A DNA stretch of 64,000 nt from NCBI GenBank assembly GCA_950097015.1, contig CATNEN010000038.1:20336001-20400000 (forward strand). Direction: 5' to 3'. Every line of letters starts with the position of its first letter. The stretch's first letter is position 1. Below are positions 37,501 to 51,022 of the stretch, piece by piece. The translations under genes were made by a program, and so were the position numbers. The notes under the pieces are model-generated. The model ran no database searches. It was given only the letters and a program-made list of their open reading frames with translations, and was not told the DNA's origin. This stretch comes from Macrostomum hystrix (taxonomy: Eukaryota; Animalia; Platyhelminthes).

Positions 37501-38174
37501 GAATAACAAACTTAATCATAGTCCCAATCTCGATTCGAATCATTACATAGATTACTGCAATGCGATCCCGTATCGAAACCAAAAATAGGGAAAAGCGAAA
37601 ATTTATTTTAAGATAACGTTTCTATGATTACTGCATTACAACATGCTCTAACAGGTTGCTCTTTTAAGAGTCGGGTGTCTAACAAACTCCTACTCAAAGT
37701 AGGGCGTTAGTTTGACGCCTTCTCGTCGGTGCACCGTCCAAATAAAGGGTATGCGGTGCACACAAAAGAGATAGGGAATCGAAAAAGTTAAAATCCCCAC
37801 TGGGGAGATGGCATGCAGTTGGTGGTGGCCTGCCGGGCAGAGAATTTGATCGTCCCAATAAAGCCCAAAATTTTCTGTCTTCCAGGGGCTCTTTAAGCAG
37901 CCTTTTAATCCAGTCTCTCCGTGTGCTGCTATCTCCCCAGTCTAATCCGTAATCCCTTTGAGGATTTCTTTCTCGAAAATAATTGTCCAAAATCTTTCCA
38001 CAGCTGGGGCAAGTCGACGAGAAGGGAATACCAATTTTCATCCCGGCCCAAGAGGGAGGTGTACCTTTTTGTTTTGCTGCTGCTGCTGCTGCTGGGGGCA
38101 CTTTTAGCAACGAAAGCTGAAAAGTACAAAACTGAATAGTATGACGTAAGACCAACCATTTAGCGACAGTAGAA

Positions 38175-38328
38175 CCGCAGCTATCACACGGCGCTATGTT
38201 CAGTCCATGGACTGGTGGGGTACCACACTCAATGCTGAGTTAAGTGCCTTGCTAAAGGACCACTAATTTGTTCCAGCGGGGTCAGGAATCGAACCCCAGA
38301 CCTTCAAGTCGTAAGTGCCACGCTCTTC
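38175..38328 (-). mobile_element. tRNA-derived SINE (family A), deleted copy in tandem with next copy
   Basis: B box GGTTCGATTCC, TCCTTTAGCAAGGCACTTAACTC, GTCCATGGACTGAAC. Confidence 0.75.
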
Positions 38329-38334
38329 TAAGTA

Positions 38335-38634
38335 AAAAATTGATTGATTACACCTGCCCCAATTGGGTCAGATGTGCAGCCGACAGCACAGCCGCAGCTA
38401 ATGCGCGGCGCATCTGAAAGCTGCATACAGCTGTTCAGTCCATGGACTAGGGGGACGCCACACCCACCTTCAATTATCCCAGCTGATGCTGGTACCCATT
38501 TAACAGCTGGGTGAACTGAAGCAATGCAGAGTTAAGTGTCTTGCTAAAGGACACAAATTGTTTCAGTGGAGTCGGGAATCGAACCCCCGACCTTCAAGTT
38601 GTGAGTCCGACGCCCTAACCACTAGGCTACAACC
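38335..38634 (-). mobile_element. tRNA-derived SINE (family A), near full length
   Basis: Minus strand GTAGCCTAGTGGTTAGGGCG..GGTTCGATTCCC (A/B boxes), then GTGTCCTTTAGCAAGACACTTAACTC and CACCCAGCTGTTAAATGGGTACC (CORE- and Deu/Nin-like motifs), tail with (ATCA) repeats. Confidence 0.88.
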
Positions 38635-39419
38635 TCTTGGCTACAGCCCAGGCTACAACTAAATACAAAAAGGCAAAATGCTTTGGCAGATTTTGACACT
38701 GACCAATTGAAATCGTTGGTCGAATATAAAGCATCGCTCCCATCTCAAAGGTATAAAGTACTGTCGACATCGGCCTTCCTAACATCGATTCCGGTCACGA
38801 CAGCTGGATGATGAGGCAATCGAGAGCTGGGGAGCAAAGACTCGAGATTGAGGTGGGCACTGCGCCATCGGGTTAGTCCTTTGATTTCCGCCACATACAG
38901 ATAGCAAGAGAAGACGCGGTCGTTCCTAGAGACACTCTCATGGAGCTATAGTAAAGGCCGCAGCTGCAATCATCGAAAATTTTCTCTACTTCCTATTTTG
39001 CGTCCTAGATTCTCTCTCCATCTCCTATGCTCTGAGTGTCCTTACTTAATATATTTTTCTCTCTATCAGTTCTCTCTGTTTTTTCTTCGTCAGTTTTTAA
39101 CTCATTGACGATCCGGTGGGAACTTGGCACTGCTTCTGTTGCCCTGGAGCGATTGGTGGTGTTCGAAAGTAATGAAATTTTGCAAATTGAAGGGGCTGGC
39201 GTTTTTTTCTATAGCACACTGCCTTCGATTTGTTTTGTGCTAGCTTTCTGGGCGGCCTGAAAACACAGAGCTTCACTAATTCTGTGACTGACACAATGGC
39301 TTAAGAGTTTTTGACGTTTGTTTGCTTGGTGGCACTGGCGCGCTAATTATCGACCTTCGTGGAATGGGCTCGGATTGAATTGTACTGAGGCTGCAATGCT
39401 TGAGGAATTTTACAGCACT

Positions 39420-40780
39420 GGAGAGAAGGAGAGGGGAGAAGAATTGGGGAGAAAGAGATGAGAGAGGAAGTGCGGAGAAGGAGAGGGAAGAAGGAATTGG
39501 CGAGAAGGAGAGGGGAGAAGGAGAGGGGAGAAGAAGTGGGGAGAAGGAGAGGGGAGAAGGAGAGGGGAGAAGGAGTGGGGAGAAGGAGAGGGGAGAAGGA
39601 GTGGGGAGAAGGAGAGGGGAGAAGGAAGAAGTGGGGAGAAGGAGAGGGGAGAAGGAGAGGGGAGAAGGAGAGGGGAGAAGGAGAGGGGAGAAGATTTGGG
39701 GAGAAGGAGAGGGGAGAGGAAGTGGGGAGAAGGAGAGGCTAAAAAGGAGATGAGAGAGGAAGTGGGGAGAAGGAGAGGGGAGAAGAAGGATGGGAGAAGG
39801 AGAGGGGAGAAGAAGTGGGGAGAAGGAGAGGGGAGAAGGAGAGGGGAGAAGAAGTGGGGAGAAGGAGAGGGGAGAAGGAGAGGGGAGAAGGAGTGGGGAG
39901 AAGGAGAGGGGAGAAGGAGTGGGGAGAAGGAGAGGGGAGAAGGAGTGGGGAGAAGGAGAGGGGAGAAGGAAGAAGTGGGGAGAAGGAGAGGGGAGAAGGA
40001 GAGGGGAGAAGATTTGGGGAGAAGGAGAGGGGAGAGGAAGTGGGGAGAAGGAGAGGCTAAAAAGGAGATGAGAGAGGAAGTGGGGAGAAGGAGAGGGGAG
40101 AAGAAGGATGGGAGAAGGAGAGGGGAGAAGAAGTGGGGAGAAGGAGAGGGGAAAAGAAGTGGGGAGAAGGAGAGGGGAGAAGAAGTGGGGTGAAGGAGAG
40201 GGGAGAAGGAGAGGGGAGAAGGAGAGGGGAGAAAGAGATGAGAGAGGAAGTGGGGAGAAGGAGAGGGAAGAAGGAGAAGGGAGAAGGAGAAGGGAGAAGG
40301 AGAAGGGAGAAGGAGAGGCGAGAAGAAGTGGGGAGAAGGAGAGGGGATAAGGAGAGGGGATAAGGAGAGGGGAGAAGGAGAGGGGAGAAGAAGGATGGGA
40401 GAAGGAGAGGGGAGAAGAAGTGGGGAGAAGGAGAGGGGAAAAGAAGTGGGGAGAAGGAGAGGGGAGAAGAAGTGGGGTGAAGGAGAGGGGAGAAGGAGAG
40501 GGGAGAAGGAGAGGGGAGAAAGAGATGAGAGAGGAAGTGGGGAGAAGGAGAGGGAAGAAGGAGAAGGGAGAAGGAGAAGGGAGAAGGAGAAGGGAGAAGG
40601 AGAGGCGAGAAGAAGTGGGGAGAAGGAGAGGGGATAAGGAGAGGGGATAAGGAGAGGGGAGAAGGAGAGGGGAGAAGGAGAGGGGAGAAGAAGAGGGGAG
40701 AAGGAGAGGGGAGAAGGAGAGGGGAGCAGCTGTGGGGGAAAAGAGGGATAAATAGAGAGGAGAGAAGGAGGGGGAGAGTA
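39420..40780. repeat. Polypurine 13-bp-based array (GGGGAGAAGGAGA)n with internal block duplications
   Basis: Almost exclusively G/A on the + strand; 287-bp-offset duplicate (40108 vs 40395). Confidence 0.95.
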
Positions 40781-41479
40781 AATTTCAGGTAACAGAAATA
40801 TTTCATCTATCGTTTTTGTAGCTTCTAGACAAACTTTTAAAGCATTTTAGCTACAGCCAGAACTAGGAAAATATGAAGAATAGTTTTTGTTCTCTCACAA
40901 TAGAGAAAATGGTGCCTTTACAACACATGTTCTACTGGTAACAAAATCGAAATAAAAAAACCAAAAGCACGGGTTCTGTAGAACTTGGAAATTTCTAGAT
41001 AATGCAATCTGTCTGTCTGGCAAGATCTAGATGAAATCTTGTTAGAAAAACTGGAGTGGTCAGCGAGCGAGACAATTCGCGCTGATACCTGCTCAAGTGC
41101 TCATCCAGTGCGTTATCTAGAGCCCTGAGTCGCTGATAAAGGCTCATCAACATTTTTTTAGGACGAATCGTGCCTAAAACTCATCCGAAATTAAAGGGAT
41201 TTTAGAGTTCGGTGCGCACCCATCTTCACCTCAAACTATAGTCGGCTGGTCTTGATTGAGATCACTCGACTTGTTTCGAGTAGCTCTTTGAGAACTCTGT
41301 AGACTCTATTCTCTCCTCCTCTCTCTCACCTCAACTCGATTGCGTGCCGCATTCAAGCCATCCACTGAACGGTCAGTCGAGTTTTATCCACTAGGTCAGA
41401 AACGTCTGGACATTTGTTCCATTTCTTAATCCGTAATCCTTGGGATAGATCACCCATTAATTACGTTGCTTCACTCCTG

Positions 41480-43432
41480 AGATAGATTAGCAATCCATTC
41501 TGTTCCTTCATCCATTGGGATAGATTAGCAATCCATTCTGTTCCTTCATCCATTGGGATAGATTAGCAATCCATTCTGTTCCTTCATCCATTGGGATAGA
41601 TTAGCAATCCATTCTATTCCTTCATTTATTGGGATAGATTAGCAATCCATTCTATTCCTTCATCCATTGGGATAGATTAGCAATCCATTCTATTCCTTCA
41701 TCCATTGGGATAGATTAGCAATCCATTCTATTCCTTCATCCATTGGGATAGATTAGAAATCCATTCTGTTCCTTCATCCATTGGGATAGATTAGCAATCC
41801 ATTCTGTTCCTTCATCCATTGGGATATATTAGCAATCCATTCTATTCCTTCATCCATTGGGTATAGATTAGCAATCCATTCTATTCCTTTATCCATTGGG
41901 ATAGATTAGCAATCCATTCTATTCCTTCATCCATTGGGATAGATTAGCAATCCATTCTATTCCTTCATCCATTGGGATAGATTAGAAATCCATTCTGTTC
42001 CTTCATCCATTGGGATAGATTAGCAATCCATTCTGTTCCTTCATCCATTGGGATATATTAGCAATCCATTCTATTCCTTCATCCATTGGGTATAGATTAG
42101 CAATCCATTCTATTCCTTTATCCATTGAGTATAGATTAGCAATCCGTTCTGTTCCTTCATCCATTGGGATAGATTAGCAATCCATTCTATTCCTTTATCC
42201 ATTGGGATAGATTAGGAATCCGTTCTGTTCCTTTATCCATTTGGATAGATTAGGAATCCGTTCTGTTCCTTCATCCATTGGGATAGATTAGGAATCCATT
42301 CTGTTCCTTCCTCCATTGGGATAGATTAGCAATCCGTTCTATTCCTTCATCCATTGGGATAGATTAGCAATCCGTTCTATTCCTTCATCCATTGGGATAG
42401 ATTAACAATCCGTTCTATTCCTTCATCCATTGGGATAGATTAGGAATCCATTCTATTCCTTCATCCATTGGGATAGATTAGCAATCCGTTCTATTCCTTC
42501 ATCCATTGGGATAGACTAGCAATCCATTCTATTCCTTCATCCATTGGGATAGATTAGCAATCCATTCTATTCCTTCATTTATTGGGATAGATTAGCAATC
42601 CATTCTGTTCCTTCATCCATTGGGATAGATTAGCAATCCATTCTGTTCCTTCATCCATTGGGATAGATTAGCAATCCATTCTGTTCCTTCATCCATTGGG
42701 ATATATTAGCAATCCATTCTATTCCTTCATCCATTGGGTATAGATTAGCAATCCATTCTATTCCTTTATCCATTGAGTATAGATTAGCAATCCGTTCTGT
42801 TCCTTCATCCATTGGGATAGATTAGCAATCCGTTCTGTTCCTTCATCCATTGGGATAGATTAGCAATCCATTCTATTCCTTTATCCATTGGGATAGATTA
42901 GGAATCCGTTCTATTCCTTTATCCATTGGGATAGATTAGCAATCCATTCTATTCCTTTATCCATTGGGATAGATTAGGAATCCGTTCTGTTCCTTTATCC
43001 ATTGGGATAGATTAGGAATCCGTTCTGTTCCTTCATCCATTGGGATAGATTAGGAATCCATTCTGTTCCTTCCTCCATTGGGATAGATTAGCAATCCGTT
43101 CTATTCCTTCATCCATTGGGATAGATTAGCAATCCGTTCTATTCCTTCATCCATTGGGATAGATTAGCAATCCGTTCTATTCCTTCATCCATTGGGATAG
43201 ACCAGCAATCCATTCTATTCCTGTCATCCATTGGGATAGATTAGCAATCCATTCTATTCCTTCTTCCATTGGGTATAGATTAGCAATCCATTCTATTCCT
43301 TCATCCATAGAGATAGATTAGCAATCCATTCTATTCCTTCATCCATAGAGATAGATTAGCAATCCATTCTATTCCTTCATCCATAGAGATAGATTAGCAA
43401 TCCATTCTATTCCTTCATCCATAGAGATAGAA
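41480..43432. repeat. 38-bp minisatellite (GGGATAGATTAGCAATCCATTCTATTCCTTCATCCATT)n
   Basis: Direct reading, about 50 units with no spacers. Confidence 0.97.
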
Positions 43433-44509
43433 AGCCTTCATCGAAAATGACACGGTTCAGGGTGTGGCTGGCCCTATAGGATTGAAACGCGGAGTCTATT
43501 CTCTCGATGTTGTCGATTTATACTCGTATAATTCCATTCGCGTCGCCGCAGTAGATCAAATGTAGCATCATAGAATATAGTTTTTTTCGGAGCAAGGTGC
43601 GAATTCAATTTAGGCAAATAAATTGACTACTGTGTATCGGCTAGTAGCAGATTCTATGTCCGTTGGCCGTGTGAGAGATGTAATTAATTATTATAGCCCA
43701 CACACTAAAGGCCTAATCATAATAATTATTCATTCACCAGCAGTAGGGGGGAAGGTATTCGCCGCATTCTTTCTTGAAAAGAGAAAGTAAATTATCTTGG
43801 AGGTGGTCCAAGAACTTCTTGGCTGCTGTATTATTAGTTTGATTTCGATCCATAAATCATAAATATGCGACAATCCGGACCCGTTGGACATTGTTATTTA
43901 GCTAAATTCTATACAATTCAACTGTAACAAAACAGTTATAAAATAGGGCCCTGTTGCTAAACTGTCAAAAATCGATACCAAATTTTATCCAAACCTGACG
44001 ATGACTCACTCATTCTTATAGGCGATGTTGTCAGACTTTTGTATAACAAATATCCCATGCATTCGATAGGAAACTAAACTAAGAAACAACCTGGTCCCTG
44101 GGGTCCAATTAATCCTAAACCCACAGCTAGATATGCTAGGTAGTATATTTGTAGCAATTGTGGAAGGCTTAACAAAAACAAATAATCATTTTTAAGGCTA
44201 GCTAGGCCTCGTAGAAATGAATAGAAATATTATATGCACTAACCTATAACGCGACCTTCAGATTCCTAACAGAGATAAATACAGCTGCATTCTCTTAAAT
44301 TTAGTTTCCCCTCAGTGACCTCACATCCTTTAATATCGAAGATCGAGGCGCCCATGCTTATTTCTTTATATCTGCATGGTTACACTCGCTTATCAAGGTC
44401 GAGGCTGCCATTTTTATTGAAAGAAGTTGCAAAAACTCTACGATATTTCTGTATTTTATACCGAGAAGCATCATTTTGATTCATTCTGAAGCATGTTACT
44501 CATTGTCAC

Positions 44510-46340
44510 TCAAATCTCTCCCCTTTTCTCTCGTCACATCGCTCCCCTTTTCTCTCGTCACATCTCTCTCCCCTTGTATCTCGTCACATCTCTCTCCCCT
44601 TGTATCTCGTCACATCTCTCCCCTTGTATCTCGTCACATCTCTCCCATTGTATCTCGTCACATCTCACCCCTTGTCTCTCTTCACATCTCACCCCTTGTA
44701 TCTCGTCACATCTCTCCCCTTGTATCTCGTCACATCTCTCCCTTGTATCTCGTCACATCTCTCCCCTTGTCTCTCGTCACATCTCTCCCCTTGTATCTCG
44801 TCACATCTCTCTCCCCTTGTATCTCGTCACATCTCTCCCCTTGTATCTCGTCACATCTCTCACCTTGTCTCTCGTCACATCTCTCTCCCCTTGTATCTCG
44901 TCACATCTCTCCCCTTGTCTCTCGTCACATCTCTCCCCTTGTATCTCGTCACATCTCTCCCCTTGTATCTCGTCACATCTCTCTCCCCTTGTATCTCGTC
45001 ACATCTCTCCCCTTGTATCTCGTCACATCTCTCACCTTGTCTCTCGTCACATCTCTCTCCCCTTGTATCTCGTCACATCTCTCCCTTGTATCTCGTCAAA
45101 TCTCTCCCATTGTATCTCGTCACATCTCTCCCATTGTATCTCTTCACATCTCACCCCTTGTATCTCGTCAAATCTCTCCCATTGTATCTCGTCACATCTC
45201 TCCCATTGTATCTCTTCACATCTCACCCCTTGTATCTCGTCACATCTCTCCCCTTGTATCTCGTCACATCTCTCTCCCCTTGTATCTCGTCACATCTCTC
45301 CCCTTGTCTCTCGTCACATCTCTCCCCTTGTATCTCGTCACATCTCTCTCCCCTTGTATCTCGTCACATCTCTCCCCTTGTATCTCGTCACATCTCTCAC
45401 CTTGTCTCTCGTCACATCTCTCTCCCCTTGTATCTCGTCACATCTCTCCCTTGTATCTCGTCAAATCTCTCCCATTGTATCTCGTCACATCTCTCCCATT
45501 GTATCTCTTCACATCTCACCCCTTGTATCTCGTCAAATCTCTCCCATTGTATCTCGTCACATCTCTCCCATTGTATCTCTTCACATCTCACCCCTTGTAT
45601 CTCGTCAAATCTCTCCCATTGTATCTCGTCACATCTCTCCCATTTTCTCTCGTCACATCTCTCCCATTGTATCTCGTCACATCTCTCCCCTTGTCTCTCG
45701 TCACATCTCTCTCCCCTTGTCTCTCGTCACATCTCTCCCTTGTATCTCGTCACATCTCTCCCATTGTCTCTCGTCACATCTCTCCCATTGTATCTCGTCA
45801 AATCTCTCCCATTGTATCTCTTCACATCTCACCCCTTGTATCTCGTCAAATCTCTCCCATTGTATCTCGTCACATCTCTCCCATTGTATCTCTTCACATC
45901 TCACCCCTTGTATCTCGTCAAATCTCTCCCATTGTATCTCGTCACATCTCTCCCATTGTATCTCTTCACATCTCACCCCTTGTATCTCGTCAAATCTCTC
46001 CCATTGTATCTCGTCACATCTCTCCCATTTTCTCTCGTCACATCTCTCCCATTGTATCTCGTCACATCTCTCCCATTTTCTCTCGTCACATCTCTCCCAT
46101 TGTATCTCGTCACGTCGCTCCCATTGTCTCTCGTCACATCTCTCCCATTGTCTCTCGTCACATCTCTCCCCTTTTCTCTCGTCACATCTCTCCCATTGTA
46201 TCTCGTCACATCTCTCCCATTTTCTCTCGTCACATCTCTCCCATTGTATCTCGTCACATCGCTCCCATTGTCTCTCGTCACATCTCTCCCATTGTCTCTC
46301 GTCACATCTCTCCCATTGTATCTCGTCAAATATCTCCCAA
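44510..46340. repeat. 24-bp (23-26) minisatellite (TCTCGTCACATCTCTCCCCTTGTA)n
   Basis: Direct reading. Confidence 0.97.
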
Positions 46341-48221
46341 CTAAAACATATTTGCTTGATCCATTAGCAAAATTATCTTCACTCTATGCAGAGATGGTGA
46401 CGTGGCATGTACTGGTAAGAAAATAAGTTTGCACTAATCTTACCTTCACTGGCCTTGAACTCGTGTGGGAGACCCAATTTCACGGTTTCTGTACCGTTTT
46501 TGGTGAGGGGGAAATCGTTTTTTATGGCCCAACCCAGCTTTAGTAAGTTATTCTTGCCCAACTATAACGGACTACCGTGAATTTATTCCTTGTGGTCTTT
46601 CATTATCGAGAGGCTGAAAAAGTGTTCAAATGTTAGCTAGATTTTCTGAACCACTTCTAGCTTCTAATTTTCTTTGCAACCTTTGGATAGTATATGGCCA
46701 GAATGTCTAAATATACTTTCAACTATGCTTTCACTCTAATTCTAACCTGGAAGGTATAACAAAGGAGTCAACCAGACTGGAAAAAATAGAGCATCGCACC
46801 TCTGCTCTGTTCTCTAAAGTCATGTCAGTTAACTGTACTCTTCTTAATCACACTTCTTATCTTCATGATCGTTATCATGAGATAATAATCTCACATAATC
46901 TCACCTTATCTCTTCATAACCTTTTACCTTTCATATTCAAAATCTGTAGCTAGGTAGAGGTAGCATACCGATCACACTAAAAGCCATGACTTTATTGAGC
47001 CAGAAATGAGTGCAAAACTTGCTCAGATTATTAAGGAATTTTCTTCTTTCAGGTTGTGGGTAAATGGGATGGAACCCGAGGATTTGAAACTAATCTTTTC
47101 GTGAAAGAAAAGAGAGACAGAGATAGTTAAGGGGAAAGTGCTAGAGATTTAAATCCGCGGCAAAAAAGCTGACTGGATGTCAGCCGTGCTGGCTCTGGAA
47201 TTACTAAAGAAACGGCAACCAGAAAATAGGAAAAATGGGAACGAACCCCTTACACTCCATTTTCTGATGCCTTGCAAGAAGAAGGTCTTTCTAAGAAAGC
47301 ACGGTTGCGCGCGATGGTGTATTAGGGTCTCCTTATGGAGCTGTGAAATCATCTGCAGCAACAGGCGGTGCACAGATTTTCCTATCGTACCTATAGGAGT
47401 ATATACGAGATTAGTAGAGTGGATTTACTGTTTTTTGGCACAAGATCAAGGACCAAATGAGGCTGAAGAGAGTGGCTTATCGCCTCTGTTCTATCTTGAA
47501 AATCTTGGTCCACCAGTCGATTCGAAATCAGCCTTTAGTATGTATAATATATAGTATTTTAGGCACGAATTCCAAGAAAGAAAAAATAGTTGAAGTCGGA
47601 ATTGACCCATCCCAAAATAACGGATTCTCTCGTGATTGTATATAAAGGGTGCTGCGCGATCTGTCAGAAGTGTCTCCCTTACCTCTGTGTGTGTGGGTGT
47701 GTGCCTTAGCTGCATGATGTTGTCTCTATGGGGCCAAGAGCTAGTCCTTAATGGTATCGGGGTCCCAAATCGTCAGAATGGCGACTCGATTTTTTACTCG
47801 CGTCCTTGCAAGATTACATTTAGGCGGTCGTATGCATATTCGCATGGCAGCAATCTGAACCTCTTTCTCGTCCATCATATGGCCTGGAAGCTAGCGCAGT
47901 ATCCATACGCTTTACCTTCCATAGGAGCGCATTCTCTAACGCGGAATTCGTGAAATATAGAAAGGCTTTTTTGTCTTCATACAACTAATTGTGGCGGAGT
48001 GTGTGCGGGAGTGTGTGTATGATCCGCATCGAAGCAACTGACATTGCACAGGGAAAAACATTTCCGTTCAACAAAATGTAACAGCCCACATAGTTTGCAC
48101 TCGCCTGCAACAAAACAGTATAATATATGGCTTTCAATTTTCTAGATTGGAAAACTTATCGTATACTTGCCGAATTCAACCCTAAGTGATAATCGTTCTA
48201 ATTGTATTGTCAAATTATGAG

Positions 48222-48460
48222 ATTTCTGAATGTCCGTGTCTTGTTCATTTCCGATTTCTGAATTTCCGTGTCTTGTTCATTTCCGATTGGTGAATGTCCG
48301 TGTCTTGTTCATTTCCGATTGGTGAATGTCCGTGTCTTGTTCATTTCCGATTGGTGAATGTCCGTGTCTTGTTCATTTCCGATTTCTGAATTTCCGTGTC
48401 TTGTTCATTTCCGATTGGTGAATGTCCGTGTCTTGTTCATTTCAGATTGGTGAATGGTCG
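48222..48460. repeat. 32-bp minisatellite (TGAATGTCCGTGTCTTGTTCATTTCCGATTGG)n
   Basis: About 7 units. Confidence 0.93.
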
Positions 48461-49064
48461 GGTTTTGGTCATTTCAGCAAATTTCAGAATTTTTCTCATC
48501 AGATTAGTGAGTTTGTTCCAGTCAGTCCAATTTATAATAAGCAGAGAAAAACAAATTGTTGCTTTAAAATATTCATAAGTATTTTTCTGTGACATTGTCA
48601 CAAAATGGCAAGTCGAGATTCATTTTTTCTGGAAGGCTTGTCCATTTATACATTCTGTGTTGCACAAATAGGTTTTCTAAAAGATGTCAATGAACTTATA
48701 AATTATTTATCTATTACTTCCTTACACAACCTTTATTAGTAATTAATATTGTCCCGAGAAGAATTGTGACACTGTCTGTGGGAAAAAAATTGGTTACTAA
48801 CCGATTGCTGGGGCATTTTTGTGTGGGTGGGATTGGGGCCATGGTTTCAATGGAAAAATTAAATGCCTACAAAAAATCTCTGGCACAGTTACTGCATTAA
48901 TGTTTATATTTGAAATATTCGCGTAAGGCACGCGATTTTAACTCACCTAATTGCGTCGGTCCTGGCTGTACAGAACAGGATGATGCGCACTTGGTGATGA
49001 AGTACATTTTCACCAATCTGGAAATAAAAAAATATTTTTACAGTTTTATTGCTACAAGTTACAT

Positions 49065-49269
49065 GATAATTATAATAATAATAATTGCATGAGGGCTGCG
49101 GGCAATGGCACATCATTTGGTGACACTGGACCTGCAGCCAGCAAGGAGGCAATTCTGCCCATTTCGCTGACTCCTGAGCACACACGCACACAGATACTGT
49201 ACTCAGGCACACGCTCACACAGGTGTTTACGTCTGCCCTGACATTCTCATAGACAGACCGCTCTGCCAC
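49065..49269 (-). mobile_element. 5'-truncated non-LTR retroelement 3' end with (ATT)n tail and target-site duplication
   Basis: Homologous to 9905-10128; flanked by TGCTACAAGTTACAT (49050-49064) and TGCTACAAGGTACAT (49270-49284). Confidence 0.8.
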
Positions 49270-50147
49270 TGCTACAAGGTACATTGGAGGTGATCAGACT
49301 TCCGAGAGGTCGCGAGTTCAAATCTCAGCCCTTAGGAGAACTTCTTTACGACTTTTACCACTGTACACAGCCTTTGGGAAGTCTTTGAATAGCTGGAGGG
49401 GTGCAAGCCACTGGCTGTTCACTAGTTTTTTTTTCAAGTTACAAAATGCTTTCATTTATTAGTTAATTTCTTTTCTCCAATTAAAGTAGAAAAAAACTTC
49501 AGAACTTCTCATTTCCAGTTCATAAGCTTTCCTTAGATTACAGATAGGATTAGTTTGCAATCAGTTTCGAGTCCCCTTCCTAATTCAGTTCCCAAAATGC
49601 GGGATCGCTAGCGACATCTGTCCTCGAACTGGGCATAACGAGGTGGGTGATTTTTAACCCACTTTTTTCGCGATGGAAAATGTAACGGAACATAAAGCAC
49701 TATAAATTCGGCGTGAAACTGAAGCGTGTTTCTTCTGTTGTAGCAAAAAAGAACTAAAAAAGCCAGGACGATTTGTCGGAAAATTCTGAGCTATACATTT
49801 ACTTGGAGACGCCGACAATAATTTTATGGAGAGACTGAAAGATGAAGCTTGGGAGAAAAAAAGAGAAGCGGGTGTACAGTGCGAGACTGCCGGCACCGGT
49901 CTAATGATCCCAAAAATCCCAAATTAGCTGACTGACACCCAATTTTTTTGGTGCCTGAATTCGCAAGCGACTGTAATTATATCGATGCGGCTTCTATTAT
50001 GACAGGTGATTAGATGCAGCTAGCATTGCTGCCACCCCCTCCCGATGCTGTCCACATCTTGCACCGCTTGATCTAAATCGTTTGACCAATTGCTTGCGCG
50101 TGAATGGAATGTGGGAGATTCGGGAGTTAGGGAAAATGGTCGGCGTT

Positions 50148-50790
50148 TGAAACTGGGATATTTGATTGTTGGGAACTGGGATATTTGGTTGTCGGGAACT
50201 GGGATATTTGATTGTCGGGAAGTGGGATGTTTGATTGTCAGGAACTGGGATATTTGATTGTCGGGAAGTGGGATGTATGATTGTCGGGAACTGGGATATT
50301 TGATTGTTGGGAACTGGGATATTTGATTGTTGGGAACTGGGATTTTTGATTGTTGGGAACTGGGATTTTTGATTGCCGGGAACTGGGATATTTGATTGTT
50401 GGGAACTGGGATATTTGATTGTTGGGAACTAGGATATTTGATTGTTGGGAACTGGGATATTTGATTGTTGGGAACTAGGATATTTGATTGTCGGGAAGTG
50501 GGATATTTGATTGCCGGGAACTGGGATATTTGATTGTTGGGAACTGGGATATTTGATTGTCGGGAACTGGGATATTTGATTGTTGGGAACTGGGATATTT
50601 GATTGTTGGGAACTGGAATATTTGATTGTCGGGAACTGGAATATTTGATTGTCGGGAACTGGAATATTTGATTGTCGGGAACTGGGATATTTGATTGTCG
50701 GGAACTGGGATATTTGATTGTCGGGAACTGGGATATTTGATTGTTGGGAACTGGGATATTTGATTGTTGGGCACTGGGATATATTTTTAT
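50148..50790. repeat. 23-bp minisatellite (GGGAACTGGGATATTTGATTGTT)n
   Basis: Direct reading. Confidence 0.96.
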
Positions 50791-50834
50791 TGGAAAGTTT
50801 AATATGTCTTTGGTAGCTGAGAATGAGATCTGGT

Positions 50835-51022
50835 AGTTGAGGATCTTGGGTCATCGGGAAGGGGGATCTGATCGTTGAGGATCTTGGGTCATCGGGAAGG
50901 GGGATCTGATCGTTGAGGATCTTTGGTCATTGGGAAGTGGGATCTGATCGTTGAGGATCTTGGGTCATTATGAAGGGAGATCTGATCGTTGAGGATTTTG
51001 GGTCATTGGGAAGGGGGAGATC
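50835..51022. repeat. ~38-bp minisatellite (GAGGATCTTGGGTCATCGGGAAGGGGGATCTGATCGTT)n
   Basis: About 5 units adjacent to the 23-bp array. Confidence 0.9.

Noticed and set aside
36119-37501. 429-431 aa ORFs on both strands (MNPNPN / IGIRIH), superficially circumsporozoite-like
   Set aside because: An 18-bp satellite that happens to lack stops; no signal peptide, unique domain or splice context.
38565-38634. Possible tRNA gene (also 7477 and 24594)
   Set aside because: Followed by shared SINE body sequence, with no proper acceptor stem or poly-T terminator.
41480-43432. 38-bp repeats of CRISPR-repeat size
   Set aside because: No spacers; ordinary minisatellite.
44476-46426. Three overlapping 600+ aa ORFs
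   Set aside because: Pyrimidine-rich 24-bp satellite with no stop triplets on the + strand; compositional artefact.
47149-47560. LVEWIYCFL..SGLSPLF and similar snippets (20319-20513, 25421-25630, 37694-38155) resembling LINE RT remnants
   Set aside because: Too degenerate to delimit or classify without alignment.
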